From Okamejei kenojei (Eukaryota), in NCBI GenBank assembly GCA_035221665.1, contig CM069161.1:3348001-3412000 (forward strand): a stretch of DNA of 64,000 nt, given 5' to 3'. The translations under genes and the position numbers were made by a program. Below the pieces are notes generated by a model that saw nothing but the letters and a program-made list of their open reading frames with translations, was not told the origin of the DNA and searched no databases. Each line of letters opens with the position of its first letter. The stretch's first letter is position 1. Positions 10,251-23,048 of this stretch are shown here, in pieces.

Positions 10251-12127
10251 AGAGATACAAAAACTTTATTCTGTTCTTGAAGGAACTTTGGACGAATCTC
10301 TAGTTGGTGGGAGATTAGAAATGTTTTATGATGAATGGCTTTGCATCACATCTGACCGGTTTATTTTACAAATGGTTTCAGGAGCTACAATAACATTTAA
10401 AGAAGGTGTTGATTCTCCGGTACAATATAAACCTACTTATAGTTTCATGTTCTCTGCTATTGAGGAAGCAGAAATGAATGTGGAAATTGACAAATTGTTT
10501 AAAAAAGGTGTTATTGAAAAAACTGTTAAGCATCCACACCAATTTGTGTGAAACATCTTTCCAAGATATAAAAAAGATGGTGGTTGTAGAATGATTCTGG
10601 ACCTTACAAACTTGAATACATTTGGCCAGTATAAACATTTCAAGATGGAAACGTTCAACACTGCAAGACATTTGATATCAGCAGGTTGTTATATGGCTAC
10701 AATCGATTTAAAGTATGCATACTATTCAGTACCAATACATCGGTTTTTTCGGAGGTACTTAAAATTTAATTGGCTGGGACAGCTGTGGCAATTTAAAGCA
10801 TTACCTAACGGGTTCAGCTCCTAGGCTCTTCACAAAGCTGTTGAAACCATCTTTAGCACAATTAAGAGCACAAAAGCACAGTGTTATGGCTTATCTGGAT
10901 GACATTTTAATTGTCAGTGGTAATCAGGAATCAGCTGGAAAATCAGTTTCAGCAACTAAAACTTTATTTGAAAAACTAGGGTTCCTGATTCATCCAATTA
11001 AGTCCAAGTTGCAGCCAGCACAAACAATTAATTATTTAGGTTTTGTGATTAATTCAGTTACTATGTTAGTAACTTTACCAATGGACAAGATTGTTGATAT
11101 TTCAACTGTATGTTGGGGCCTCATTCACAAACCTTATCCCTCCATCTGAGAAGTAGCAAAGGTTATTGGTAAATTAGTAGCAGCATTTCCTGCAGTGGAA
11201 TTTTGTCCATTACATTACCAAAACCTTCAAAGGGACAAAACGCGAGCTTTAAAAAAGCGAGCAGGCCATTTTGATTGGCCTATGCAATTAACAAAAGAAG
11301 CTTTATTGGAATTACAATGGTGGATTGAAAAAATGTTCCACATGCTGCAAAAAAACATTTTTAATACAGCAGCCTGAAGTATTTTTACAAACAGATGCAA
11401 GTGCTCTCGGATGGGATGGGGGGGCGACAGATAAATTTACCAGCTGTGGGGGCAGATGGACTGTCCAAGAGGAATTGTTCTCCAAACATATGGTATTAAT
11501 TATTTGGTGTTATTGGGGGCATTTTATGGATTAAAAGCCTATTGTTCTACAAAAAAGGATCTGCATGTCCAGGTACAATTAGACAATAAGACAGCTGTTG
11601 CATATATTAATCACATGGGTGGAGTAAGGTCGGTATCATGTGATTGTCTGGTCAATCAGATATGGCATTGGTGTATTGAGCACCAAATTTGGGTTTCAGC
11701 AAGTTATATCCCAGGTAAAGACAATGTGGTGGCAGACAACAGATCAAGGGTATTTAAAGACAACACAGAATGGATGTTGAACCCACAAGTTTTCAGTAAA
11801 ATTGTTATTCGCTCTGGGTTACCAGACATTGATCTGTTTGCATCAAGATTAAATCATCAATTGCCTAAATATGTGTCTTGGGAACCCGATCCAGGTGCGG
11901 TAGCAGTAGATGCTTTATCGCTACTTTGGGGAAATATGTTCTTTTATGCTTTCCCTCCATTTTGCCTGGTTAGGCAATGTCTTAAGAAAATAGAACAAGA
12001 TTCTGCCACAGGACTGTTGGTGATTCCAAATTGGCCCACACAACCATGGTTCCCGTTGATGTTAAATATGATTAAGGAACCATGTATGTCAATTCCTAGC
12101 TGCAGTGATTTGTTAATACACCAGTAA
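10250..12127 (+). pseudogene. DIRS pol: reverse transcriptase, RNase H and Dam-like methyltransferase domain (frameshifted)
   Basis: RT motifs VGGRL..F..W, ILDL..LN, HFKMET, IDLKYAY, FKALPNG, AYLDD. RNase H motifs LQTDAS, QLDN, DNVVAD. MT motifs DIDLFAS and FYAFPPF. Confidence 0.92.
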
Positions 12128-12199
12128 CAAAAGAAATTCATCCATTACATGTTTATATGAATTTGTTAATCTGCAGGTTTTGACCAGACCACTACAAGG

Positions 12200-13154
12200 G
12201 CTTGGACTGTCAGATAGGACCATGGATGTTATAGTCTCATCATGGCGAGATAGCACTAAGAAACAATATATGACACATATAAAGAAATGGGAAGTTTTTG
12301 TAGACAATCAAATATATCTTATCATACTGTGAACATTTCAAACATATTGGGAGTTCCTTGCTGAGTTGTATTTTGAGCAGCACTTGAGTTATAGTCCATT
12401 TAATAGTGCGCGTCGTGCTTTATCGTGCTATTTAGGACAAATTTCTGACCATGAATCAATTGGATCTCATCCATTAATATCCAGGTTTATGAAAGGGATT
12501 TTTAAAACAAAAAATCCGCCCAAGCCAAGATATACAGAAATTTGGGATGTCAGCATTGTACTTACTTTGCTTAGGCAAGGGACTCCAATCACAGTTATGT
12601 CTTTGGAAAAATTAACATTTAAAGTAGTAATGTTAATGGCATTGGTATCAGCACAAAGAGTGCAAACATTGCAAATGCTACGTTTAGATTGTATGCATGT
12701 GGCTTCAGATAACATTGTGTTTTACGTTTATGATCTGATCAAACAAAGCAGACCAAGAAGAACTGGAGCTAAGGTAATGTTTCAAGCTTACTCTATTGAT
12801 CCAACGTTGTGTGTAGTTAGACACTTGACTCAATATATAAAAGTCACCAAGAGTCTTCGAGGTGATGATAAAGCGTTATTTATTACGCATAAGAAACCAC
12901 ACACAAAAGCACCAGTACAAACCATTTCAAGATGGTTAAAACAGGTGTTACTTTTAGCGGGAGTAGACACTGATGTGTTTAAATCTCACTCCACCAGGGC
13001 TGCAGCTACATCCGCGGCGAAGTTACAGGACGTACCGCTCGAACACATTTTAGAAGCCGCAGGGTGGTGTAAAGAAGAAACTTTTTCAAAGTTCTACGAT
13101 AAACCTGTTCTCACAATGCCAGGCTTTGGACACGCGGTGTTGGGTTCACTGTAA
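12200..13154 (+). pseudogene. DIRS tyrosine recombinase
   Basis: N-terminal SSWRDSTKKQY lies upstream of a frameshift. ORF 12366-13154 carries AQRVQTL, HSTR, AAGW and FSKFY, i.e. the R...H-x-x-R...W...Y catalytic set. Confidence 0.92.
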
Positions 13155-13403
13155 TCACCTGCTTTGTTTCACTATCAATTGATATTATCGATTTATGTTA
13201 TCACTTTATATATTTTATCTCTTTGTAGTGATTTTCCCCAGGTATAAAAAAGGGGTTATTATTTGTTCTTTTATCATTAAAAGATTTATGAAATAAACTA
13301 AAACTGAATTCTGGTAAAAGGTTATTTACTCATTTATGTGTTGACCTCGCCGGACTGTCCTATGGAATGACTCTACGACATAAAAAACACAGAAGCTACA
13401 AAA

Positions 13404-13484
13404 TCTTCACGTAGTCACTCACGTGACTCCGAAGTAAAATATAGTAAGATTAAACGAGACCCACTTACCAGTTCGAAGTTTGAT
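13404..13484. repeat. DIRS internal complementary region (ICR)
   Basis: 13404-13439 is a perfect 36-bp reverse complement of the left end (8174-8209). The following ttaccagttcgaagtttgat is nearly complementary to the right end (13531-13551). Confidence 0.9.
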
Positions 13485-13558
13485 GTTTTTCATGCCGCGT
13501 TGAAGTATTTAGGCGGGGCTTCTTCACGAGATCAAACCCTTCGACTGGTAATCACTAT

Positions 13559-13768
13559 TGAACTCAACTCAAACAAAACTCTGAACATTAATAGCCCATT
13601 GCACTTTATCTGTTTATTTATGTGTGTATATATATTCAATGGTTTAGGGTCACACTGATCCATTCTGTATTTATTTATGCATACTATATTCTGTTGTGCT
13701 GAAGGAAAGCAAGAATGTCATTGTCCTATCTGGGACACATGACAATGAACTCTCTTGAATCTTGAATC
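13559..13768 (+). mobile_element. Rex1/Babar LINE 3' fragment, right part
   Basis: Continues IRL|LN across the DIRS insertion and ends in (tcttgaa)n. Confidence 0.8.
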
Positions 13769-13789
13769 ATAGAAGGCCAGAGCACATGC

Positions 13790-14415
13790 TTAGTCATAGA
13801 GCCACAGTCGTACTCCATGGAAATGGCTCTGTGGCCCATTGTCAATGCCAACCAGAATGCCCCATCTAAGCTCGCCCCATTTGCCCAGGTTTGGCCCAAA
13901 ATGCTTTAAACCATTCCTCTCTATGTAGTTGCCTAAATGTCCATGCAATTTTGTTATTGTACTGCCTCAACTATTTTTTCTGGCAGATAGTTCCATTTAC
14001 CCACCACCCTCTGTGTGAAAAGATGCCCTTAGATTCCTATTAAATCTTCCCCCTCTCACTTTAAACCTGTGCCTTTGGAATCCCCTTAGCTGGCGAAAAG
14101 AACTGAGTGCATTTACTCTATCTTTTCCCTTCATGATTTTATGCACCTCTATTGGATCGCCATTCAGCCTCCTGTGCTCCGAGGAATAAAGTCCCAGCCT
14201 GCCCAACTTCTGCTATAGTTCAGGTCCTTGAGTTCAGGCAACATCCTCATATATCTTTGCTACACCAGAAGGGTCTCCACCCGAAACGTCACCCATTCAT
14301 TCACTCCAGAGATGCTGCCTGTCCTGTTGAGTTACTCCAGCATTTTGTGTCTATTTTTGCTGCAACCTTTCCAGCTTAATGGCATCCTTCGTGCAACAGG
14401 GTGACCGGAACTGTA
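13790..14415 (-). mobile_element. HER1/CR1 LINE 3' fragment containing a pLTR insertion (14267-14351, +)
   Basis: ORF 13997-14206 RLGLYSSEHRRLNGD...HRFKVRG. The inserted pLTR starts agaagggtctccacccgaaacgtc. Confidence 0.8.
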
Positions 14416-15003
14416 CGTACCGCATCCATTCATTCCGTGCACTTGTCTGCATTCACTCCGCAACTAACCACATTGACCAGAGCAGCCACATTACAGGCAC
14501 ATTGCCTTGCTGAACACTCAGAGAAATGCTGTACCTCAGTGACTGGTTCCTGCAACATGCTACTGATTGAATATCAAGATGGAAATCTAAATTAAGCGTC
14601 TGCAATTGAAGTTTAACAAAAGAGACTAAGATTTGGAGAACGTCACCCAGAGACCAATCTGCTGAATATAATCCTGCTTCAGGAGCTGAATATATTAAAA
14701 AACAAAACAAATGTGAAATGGAAAAGAGAATTTAAAAGGAATTAAAAAAATATTTTTCAAGTGCTGTATTATTACAATATAATTGAATCTTCATTTTCAA
14801 TTGAGCCATTGTTTTCAAAACATCATGAGAAGTGTTTTGTCAATGAACTAGGACAGGAGGGGTAAAGAGTTATCCTTGGGCTCTGCGGTCAAAGATATGC
14901 AGCCAATCAGCTGCCCTGCACTTGATTATATTGGCCCCAATGGAACCAAGTGCTCACTGGGTATGCCTCTGTCACCCAATTTAGTCCCCATGGACTTTTA
15001 AAA

Positions 15004-15320
15004 TGGCACACTGGCACTGCTGGTAGAACTGATGGCTCACAGCACCAGACACCCGGGTTCCACCCTGGCCTTGGGTGCTGTCTGTGTGGAGTTTTCACAT
15101 TCTCCCTGTGACCGCATGGGTTTCCTCTGGGCGCTCTGGTTTCCTCCCACATCCCAAAGATGTGTGGGTTTTGAGGTTAATTAGCCTCTGTAAATTGCCC
15201 TTGGTGTGTAGGGAGTGAGAGAGTGTGATGACTTACAACTAGTGTGATTGCTAATCGGTGTGGACTCCGTGGGCCAAAGGTCCTGTTTCCATGTTGTATC
15301 TCTAAAACCTAAAAACTAAG
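15004..15320 (+). mobile_element. HE1/V-SINE-type SINE
   Basis: tRNA-like head, V-domain and cctgtttccatgttgtatctctaaa tail. Confidence 0.85.
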
Positions 15321-15344
15321 ACTACAGACAAACCTCTTCCTCTT

Positions 15345-17529
15345 GTGGTCCTCACCATCCCCACGGACCTCCCCCTCTCCGACACTGAAAGGTCGGTCCT
15401 CAGCAGAGGTCTCACCTTTGTCCCCCTCCATCCCCACCTCAATGAGTTCCGCGCCCACCACGACTTGGAGCTCTTCTACCGTCGCCTCCGCCTCACAGCG
15501 TTCTTCCACGGGAAGAAGTCCTCGCCCTCCACTGATGATCCCTTTTCCTGTCTCCAACGTACCCCTTCCAATTGGACCCCCCCTCGTAGCCTTCCGGCTC
15601 TAGAACTATTTATCCAGAACTGCCGTCGGGACATCAACCGCCTCGACTTCTCCACTCCCCTGTCTCACTCCAATCTCTCCCCCCCCCCCCCCCCCCGAAC
15701 GTACTGCCATCGACTCACTCCGTAACAACCCAGACTGGGTTATCAAACCCGCCGACAAGGGAGGTGCCGTGGTAGTCTGGCGCGTCGATCTCTACAAAGC
15801 GGAGGCCGCGCGCCAACTCTCGGACACCTCCTCCTACTTACCCCTGGACCATGACCCCACTGACATACACCAGGCCACCATCTCGAGCACCATAACCGAC
15901 TTCATCAGCTCCGGCTCCCTACCCCCCCGAGCCTCCAACCTCATCGTTTCCCAGCCCCGCACGGCCCGATTTTACCTTCTCCCCAAAATCCACAAACCCG
16001 ACTGCCCTGGCAGACCCATTGTCTCTGCCTGTTCGTGCCCCACCGAACACATTTCCACATACCTTGACGCCATCCTATCCCCCTTTGTTAAATCCCTCCC
16101 CACCTATGTTCAAGAAATCTCAGACACTCTCCGTCGGCTCCGCGCATTCCATTCTCCAGGCCCCCATCCTCTCATCTTTACCATGGACGTCCAGTCACTC
16201 TACACCTCCATCCCCCACCAGGACGGTCTCAAAGCCCTCCGGTTCTTCCTTGACCAGAGGAGCAACCCATACCCGTCCACTGACAACCCTCCTCTCCGCC
16301 TAGCAGAGTTGGTCCTTACCCTCAATAACTCCTCTTTTGACTCCTCCCATTTCCTCCAAACACAAGGCGTAGCTATGGGCACACGCATGGGCCCCAGCTA
16401 CGCTTCCCTCTTTGTTGGGTACGTCGAACAATCCTTGTTCTCAGCGTACCAGGGCCCCAATCCCCGACCTCTACCTCCGTTACATCGACGACTGCTTTGG
16501 TGTCACCTCCTGCACCCACACACAACTGACTGACTTCATCCATTTCACCACCAACTTCCATCCGGCACTCAAATACACTTGGACCAATTCCTACATTTCC
16601 CTACCATTCCTTGACCTCACCATCTCTATTGCAGGTGATACACTCCTGACCGACATCCACTACAAACCAACTGACTCCCACAGCTACCTGGACTACTCTT
16701 CCTCCCACCCTGCTTCCTGTAAGGACTCCATCCCCTATTCCCAATTCTTCTGTCTGCTCCCAGGATGAGGTGTTCCACACCAGGTCATCACAAACGTCCT
16801 CATTCTTCAGAGAACGGGGATTCCCCTCCCCCACTATAGATGAGGCTTGCACCAGGGTCTCCTCCATACCCCGCAACACTGCCCTCTCTCCCCATTCCCC
16901 CACTCGCAACAAGGGCAGAGTCCCCCTGGTCCTCACCTTTCACCCCATCAGCCGGCAAATACAACGTCCTCCGCCAGTTTCGCCACCTCCAACGTGACTC
17001 CTCCACTCGCCACATCTTCCCATCTCCCCCCCTGTCTGCCTTCCGCAAAGACCACTCCCTCCGCAACTCCCTTGTCAATTCTTCCCTTCCCTCCCGCTCT
17101 ACCCCTTCCCCGGGCACTTTCCCTTGCAACCGCAAGAGATGCTACACTTGTCCCTTCACCTCCCCCCTCTACTCCGTTCAGGGACCCAAGCAGTCCTTCC
17201 AGGTCCGACAAAGGTTCACCTGCACCTCCTCCAACCTCATCTACTGCATCCGCTGCTCCAGATGCCAGATGATCTATAACGGTGAGACCAAGCGGAGGCT
17301 TGGCGATCGTTTCGCCGAACACCTCCGCTCGGTCCGCAATAACCAACCCGACCTCCCGGTGGCTCAGCACTTCAACTCCCCCTCCCATTCCGTATCCGAC
17401 CTCTTGGTCCTGGGCCTCCTCCACGGCCAGAGTGAGCAACACCGCAAGTTGGAGGAACAGCACCTCATATTCCGCTTGGGGAGTCTGCATCCTCTGGGCT
17501 TGAATATTGAATTTTCTCAATTCTGTTAA
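15345..17529 (+). pseudogene. Penelope RT + GIY-YIG endonuclease ORF (frameshifted)
   Basis: RT motifs KPADKG, FYLLPKIHK, GRPIVS, MDVQSLYTSIP, GVAMG, YLRYIDD, LPFLD. Cys linker CNRKRCYTC. Endonuclease LIYCIRCSRCQMIYNGET..R..EH...E...GLN. Confidence 0.93.
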
Positions 17530-17760
17530 CCCTTGCTGTCTCCTCCCCTTCCCACCTCTCCCTCAGCCCTCGGGCCCTGGCATTCCCTCTCTCTCTATCT
17601 CTCCCCCACCCTAGTCGCACTAGCTTCTCATTTTCACACCACAAACAGCTTACAATGGCTTGTTCCCTTTATCATCGATACTTTTTTGCATATCTTTCAT
17701 TCATTGTTCTTTATCTCTCCACATCACCGTCTATATCTCTCGTTTCCCTGATCCCTGACC

Positions 17761-17794
17761 AGTCTGAAGAAGGGTCTCGACCCGAAACGTCGCC
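17761..17794 (+). ncRNA. Minimal type I hammerhead ribozyme in the Penelope pLTR
   Basis: agu-CUGAAGA-a-GGGU(cucg)ACCC-GAAA-cg-UC^gcc. The conserved core is intact, stem III is palindromic (ACGU), and cleavage is predicted after C17791. Confidence 0.8.
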
Positions 17795-17982
17795 TATCTC
17801 CTTCGCTCCTTAGATGCTGCTGCACCCGCTGAGTTTCTCCAGCCTTTTGTGTACCCTCTTCCTCTTTATCTTCCTTCCAGAAGTTTGAGGCAAATCTTGT
17901 CAACTAAATGTTTGGGATTGGCAAAATCAGTGGCTGGGATTGCAGGCCCCTGACAGACCTGGAACTGTGCCAAGGACAATTA

Positions 17983-18027
17983 GGTGGTGGTGGTGGTGGT
18001 GGGGGGGGGGGGGGGGGGGGGGGGGGG
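17983..18027. repeat. (GGT)n plus poly-G run
   Basis: Directly visible. Confidence 0.9.
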
Positions 18028-19977
18028 ATGGAGCAATGGGGAGAGGGCCTGAGGTTCTTTTTGCAGCATGGAAGTTACCCCAAACATAAATCACTCACTT
18101 CATCAGCCGCTGACGTTGTACAGTACTGCACTGAGGGTGTCAGGGTGGATGTGTAAATAATTTTTGCTAGTGGGAGGACCTAGATCTATGGGTCACTGGT
18201 TAAAACAGATATGAGACACTTTTTTTCAATAAGTCCATAACACCTTAAGGAGTTGGAGGTGGAGAAGGCCATTCAGCCCCTTGAGCCCGCTCTGCTCTTC
18301 ATTAGGATTGTAGTAGATCCAACATTCCGCATTCACTTTCTTAGCCCTTCCCCATAACTATTGATCCCTTTACTGACTAGGAAATCTGCTCATTTCATCC
18401 TTGAATATATCGAAGGACACTTCCCCACTTTTCTGTGGCAAGCAGTTTCAAATGCTCACAGCTCTCTGAATGAAGGAGTCTTTTCATATCTCAGTTTTAA
18501 ATGGACACCCCCTTATCTGACACCATGCCCTCTAGTTTTCTCGACTCTCCTATGAGAAGAAGCAATAATGTAATCAGTCAGGTTTCTAGTGAGTGGGCTA
18601 TACCACTCAAGCACCCTACAATGTGGACTCTTGAATTTTCAGCAGTGCAGAATATGCAATGGAAATCCAATTAAATTTAATAATTAACTTAAATAAAAGT
18701 CCATTGTATAGGTTATAAATGATCTTGCTCTCAGATGCAATCACGGGTCCAAATTGCTTTTGACACAGGGTGAAAAATGTCTGCTAAGCTCGCAATTTTA
18801 CAATTGAGCAGATTTATCATTTCTCCTCTCCTGTAATGACTTATTATGTCTGGTGTCACAAGTCGAAGGCAAAATTTTAAGACATTTACATTATTCTGAC
18901 TGTTTTCTCTACTCCAGCTCATGTGAGGCAGAAATGACGCAATTCTTCAATGTTCTCCAACCAACTAATATCAGCTCTTGCTTTAGGTTTGAACTTAAAT
19001 CCCGTGACAGTATGATGACATTGACATGAGTGTTACTGGGTTAGGAATGGGGGGGGGGGGGGGGGGAAGTAAAGGATCTCAAAGCTCAGATGAGTTGCTG
19101 GTGGTTGATGTTAACATTCCGCAAGAGGCAATTGGAAACTAAAGCCATGGCATTGCTTGATTTAAAGAGAGACGCACACACTTGGGTCTGTGAGTAGATT
19201 GACCCAGACAGCTAACATGAATAGTCAACTAGACAATGACCCTGCCCATCTGGATTAGTCTTGACGAAGCATTGCATTTTCATAATGTTCCCTCAATGGT
19301 CAATGAATAAAGTCAGCTGGAGTCTGGTCAAAAAGCTAGGGATCAATTCCTAATCTTTGTTCAGTTAGCTATCACAATGACTACCTACAAAGCCTAGAGC
19401 CTCACATTTGGTAGATTAAGGGCAGGGATTACTGATGAGCAGCAACTAATAATTTCTGCAGGACTTTGTGTTTGTGTATTGTGCTGCCCTTCCGTTTTCA
19501 TATTTACACATATGTGGATTGTTGATGCTCAGTACTCCTGTTTCCAGAGTTTCTGATTTGCTTTGATTAAGTGGAGGTTGACTCGGAGAGAACGGCACTG
19601 CAATGTCAAGGCAGAACACTGCTCTGAGAGATGCCGCAGCAGATATGGGCTAGCTGTCAGCACATTACATGGAAGCACAGCGCACTGAGGCAGAAGGGAA
19701 ACTGTTGTGGCAGGAATTAAGTCCTTGGAGAAGACCATAAAGGAGAAGTCACCGGAGATGATATTGTGACGACAGAAGGGACAGAAGAAGAGCGGAGGTG
19801 TCTGATGTCAACAAGCAGTTAAAGAGAAAGTCAATGTGAATGCCAAGGTTCAAAAAATGAACAGTTTTAGGAAGCAAGAAATATGTAAATTGTTCCAATT
19901 GAGTTCATGATTTTCAGTAACACACTGACACAATGCATAATTGGGACTATTGTAATTGCTGATGAGAGTTAAGAGTG

Positions 19978-20098
19978 GCTGAAGAAGCGTCTCAACCCAA
20001 AACATCGCCTATTCCTTTTCTCCAAAGATGCTGTCCGACCCGCTGAGTTACTCCAACTTTGTGTCCATCTTCGGTTTAAACCGGTTCCTTCCTGCACA
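19978..20098 (+). mobile_element. Solo Penelope pLTR (degenerate hammerhead)
   Basis: ctgaagaagcgtctcaacccaaaacatcgcc...; agagttaa is repeated on both flanks. Confidence 0.8.
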
Positions 20099-20989
20099 AG
20101 AGTTAATAACCTTTGCATTAGGTTTTAAGTGAACTGTTTAACATTTCACAATATGCTATACTAATTTATTCATACTTGTGGAGACAAATATGTAAAAGTA
20201 ACTAAAGTAAAACAAGATATGAGACTGGATGTGTCCCTGGAATAATGATCCCTGGAAATTATCCATATCTCTCATGAAGAGTTTAGAAATATCAAATACA
20301 GCAGATAGTCGAGAGATTTGGAGTTAAAATACAAATAGACTGAATTACCTATGGTATATTTTATCTAAATCTGTAAATAATTAGTTAGGTGCGCAAGGTC
20401 AAATATGTAATTGTTCAGAATATGATATTATGTAAGTAAATAGTTGATTTGCTTGTGTAGTTGGGTACTTTTTTTTTAAAGGGAAACCAAACTAATGTAT
20501 AAAGTCCATATTAAAATGCAAGGACTGAGCTTACGAGGTCAGCGTCTTTAGTCGATAGTTTAGTGCCTGCAGTACCAGAAGCAGTGCTCACAACAGTCAG
20601 CAGCCACATCTGAGAACCAACAGACGCTTCAGCAGCGCTGGGGAAAGCACGAGAACACAGTAAATGGAAGCAGGAGTAGGTCATTCAACCCCTTGTGCCT
20701 GCTTCAGCGTTCAATTACACAGTTGATCTTTCACCTAAGTGCCACACACCACATCCTTTAATTCTTTCAAGATTTACAAATCTATTGACCTCTTTTTTGA
20801 ACATATTTGGTGACTGAACCTACACGGCTCTCTTGTGTAGAGAATTCTGGAGACTCCCTGCCCTCTGGGTGAAGAATCTTCATCTCTGTCCTGAATGGCT
20901 GACACCTGGTTTTGAGACCGTAACAATATCAACCGGTTCAAGTCCGATTAGACCTCTCATTCATCTAAACTCAGGAAAATACAGGTTCA

Positions 20990-21232
20990 GGTAGACAAAA
21001 ATGCTGGAGAAACTCAGCGGGTGAGGCAGCATCTATGGAGCGAAGGAAATAGGCAACGTTTCGGGTTGAGACCCTTCTTCAGACTGATGTGAGGGTGGGA
21101 TGGGGGGGCGCGAAGAAGAAAAGAAGAGGTGGAGCCAGTGGGCTGATGGAGAGCTGCGAAGGGGAGGAGAAAGTAGGGACTACCTGAAATTAGGGAAGTC
21201 AATGTTCATTCCGCTGGGGTGCAAACTGCCCA
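20990..21232 (-). mobile_element. Penelope 3' end fragment with pLTR, inside an old CR1 fragment
   Basis: The minus strand encodes LGSLHPSGMNIDFPNFR and continues into ctgaagaagggtctcaacccgaaacgttg. Confidence 0.85.
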
Positions 21233-21654
21233 GGCTTAGTCTGCCTACCCAATTCCCACCACCAACCCCAGGAACTAATCTGGTGAAATGGCATTGCTCT
21301 CCCTGTAGCTGGAGTCTATCTTCCTTTGAAAGGTAGAGCAGACACAATGTTCTAGGTATGACCTCGACAGAGCCCTACATTTGGCAATGAGTTTACTCTG
21401 CTCCTCAAATCCTCTTGCGGTTTGGTCAATGTAACTCACAACTGTTCACTGCATAGGCACATTAACATCCGGTGATTCATGTACGATGAAATCTGGGTCC
21501 CTCTGACCAACAACAACCCTCAATTACTTCACCATTTCAAACAATACTCTGTCTTCCTATTTTCCCACGTTCCCTGCCTGTGATTTGGGGTTTGTAGGAA
21601 GATCATTGTTGCAGCTTCACATAAAAGTAATTATATATAATATCAAAGCTGCCA

Positions 21655-22065
21655 TTAAGTTGAAGAAAGCGCAGAGAAGATTTACAAAGGTGTTGCCAAG
21701 ACTTGAGGATCTGAGTTATAGGGGGAGATTGGGCACGTTGGAACTTTGTTCCTTGGAGCATAAGGGACTTAGGGGTGATCTTTTGGTGGTGTATTAAACC
21801 AAGAGGGACAGAGTGAATGTACATAATCGTTATCCCAGGGGAGAGTAATTAAGAAGTAGAGGGCATTGGTTTAAGGTGAGAGGGAAAAGAACCTGGGGAG
21901 CAATTTTTCAATTCAGAGGGTAGTGGGTGTGTGGAAGCCAAGTTGCCAGAGGAAGTGGTTGAAGCAGGTATAATATCGACATTTAGAAGATATTTGGGCA
22001 GGTACATGGACATGGATATGGGTCTAGCTTAGATGAGGCATGTGTCCTTGCTGTATGACAATATG
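21655..22065 (+). mobile_element. HER1/CR1 LINE 3' fragment
   Basis: AQRRFTKVLPRLEDLSYRGRL...LRGDL in ORF 21585-21797. Confidence 0.8.
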
Positions 22066-22759
22066 TTGTTATAATCAAATCAACACAAAATGTGGATCAC
22101 TGATATTCAGTTTTATCACCTCCTTCGCAACCCCAGTGGCAAAGCTGCTGGATAACCAGCAATAAATCATTGCCTCAGCTACAACGGAGCTGGACATATG
22201 CGTTCAACCTCCGGTAATCATCTGGTGTTCTGCCCCCTCTCCAGGCATGTGAATGGCTGTAATGACATGTGTCCACTGGATGGATGGAATGAAATTGATT
22301 TTCGGAGAGATCTTAATATGTAACACGTCATCAATAGGCAGAAAGGGAGGATGGGTATCTGGCCATACGGAGGTGCTTGTGCAGGGGAATGGGTTGAGAG
22401 GAAGCATCTGACAGATTTGACTTCAGAAAGCAGAATGAGGAGATATGGTTATGTGCACAAGATGTATCTGTGCCACTATAAGTACTTTTTCTGACGGCTA
22501 GGTCATTAACCGGCTTCTTGCACTTTATCCAAAAAAATATCCTTGGCTTCCACCAGTCACCTCCTGATTAATCACCAAACCCACTCTGGTCCTGCAACTC
22601 AACCAGGCTTGTTTAATGCTGTACCTCTCTCTGACTGTGACCATCAAAGATTCCTATACACCATGTATCCTCCTGTTGATATAAGGCCCTCAGTTTTTGC
22701 AGACAATAATAGAAACTAATAACAAAACTTGCTCTTACATGCTACTGCTTTCACATAGA

Positions 22760-23048
22760 CACACAGCACCCAGCGTGCCTATTGTGCCTCCTGGCATGTA
22801 GGGCAGCAACGAAGGTGCTCCACTCCTTGTTGATTCCTTCCGTTGCTGTTTCCGTACATATTTGTTTTACGAGACAAGGTTGTTAGCCCTGTGCTCAACC
22901 TCCAACCTGGAGGACCAGAGGATCGCTCTCCGTCTCGCCTCTACCCTTCCACCTGTCCAGCATGGGAGACCCTAACAGGATACGAATCTCCCGCTGGCGT
23001 AGCTCTAGGGGTCACTGAGACAGACAAGCTCCCCCACCATGACAAGGT
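22760..23048 (-). mobile_element. Bipartite non-autonomous RTE element (5'UTR fused to 3' end)
   Basis: The 5' end ccttgtcatggtgggggagcttg resembles BovB/Rex3 5'UTRs and the 3' end encodes EWSTFVAALHARRH. TSD tgctttcacataga (22746-22759) / tgctttcacaaaga (23049-23062). Confidence 0.75.

Larger units (their letters stand above)
8173..13558 (+). mobile_element. DIRS1-type tyrosine-recombinase retrotransposon, complete structure, decayed ORFs
   Basis: Gene order gag, RT/RH/MT, YR. Partial inverted terminal repeat (8202-8219 vs 13511-13528), an internal complementary region at 13404-13484, and no extended TSD. Confidence 0.93.
15345..17854 (+). mobile_element. Penelope-like element (Neptune-type), 5'-truncated
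   Basis: RT plus GIY-YIG ORF followed by one pLTR. A 12-bp TSD cctcttcctctt lies at 15333-15344 and 17855-17866. Confidence 0.93.

Noticed and set aside
11456-13154. Prophage or bacterial integrase + Dam methylase (contamination or horizontal transfer)
   Set aside because: Both domains are standard DIRS1 components. They are collinear with RT/RNase H and bounded by DIRS termini inside vertebrate repeats.
15309-17520. Antisense and alternate-frame ORFs over the Penelope element (and over the CR1s)
   Set aside because: By-products of C-rich or codon-biased TE sequence.
17908-18156. Gly-rich ORF
   Set aside because: Produced by the (GGT)n/poly-G run.
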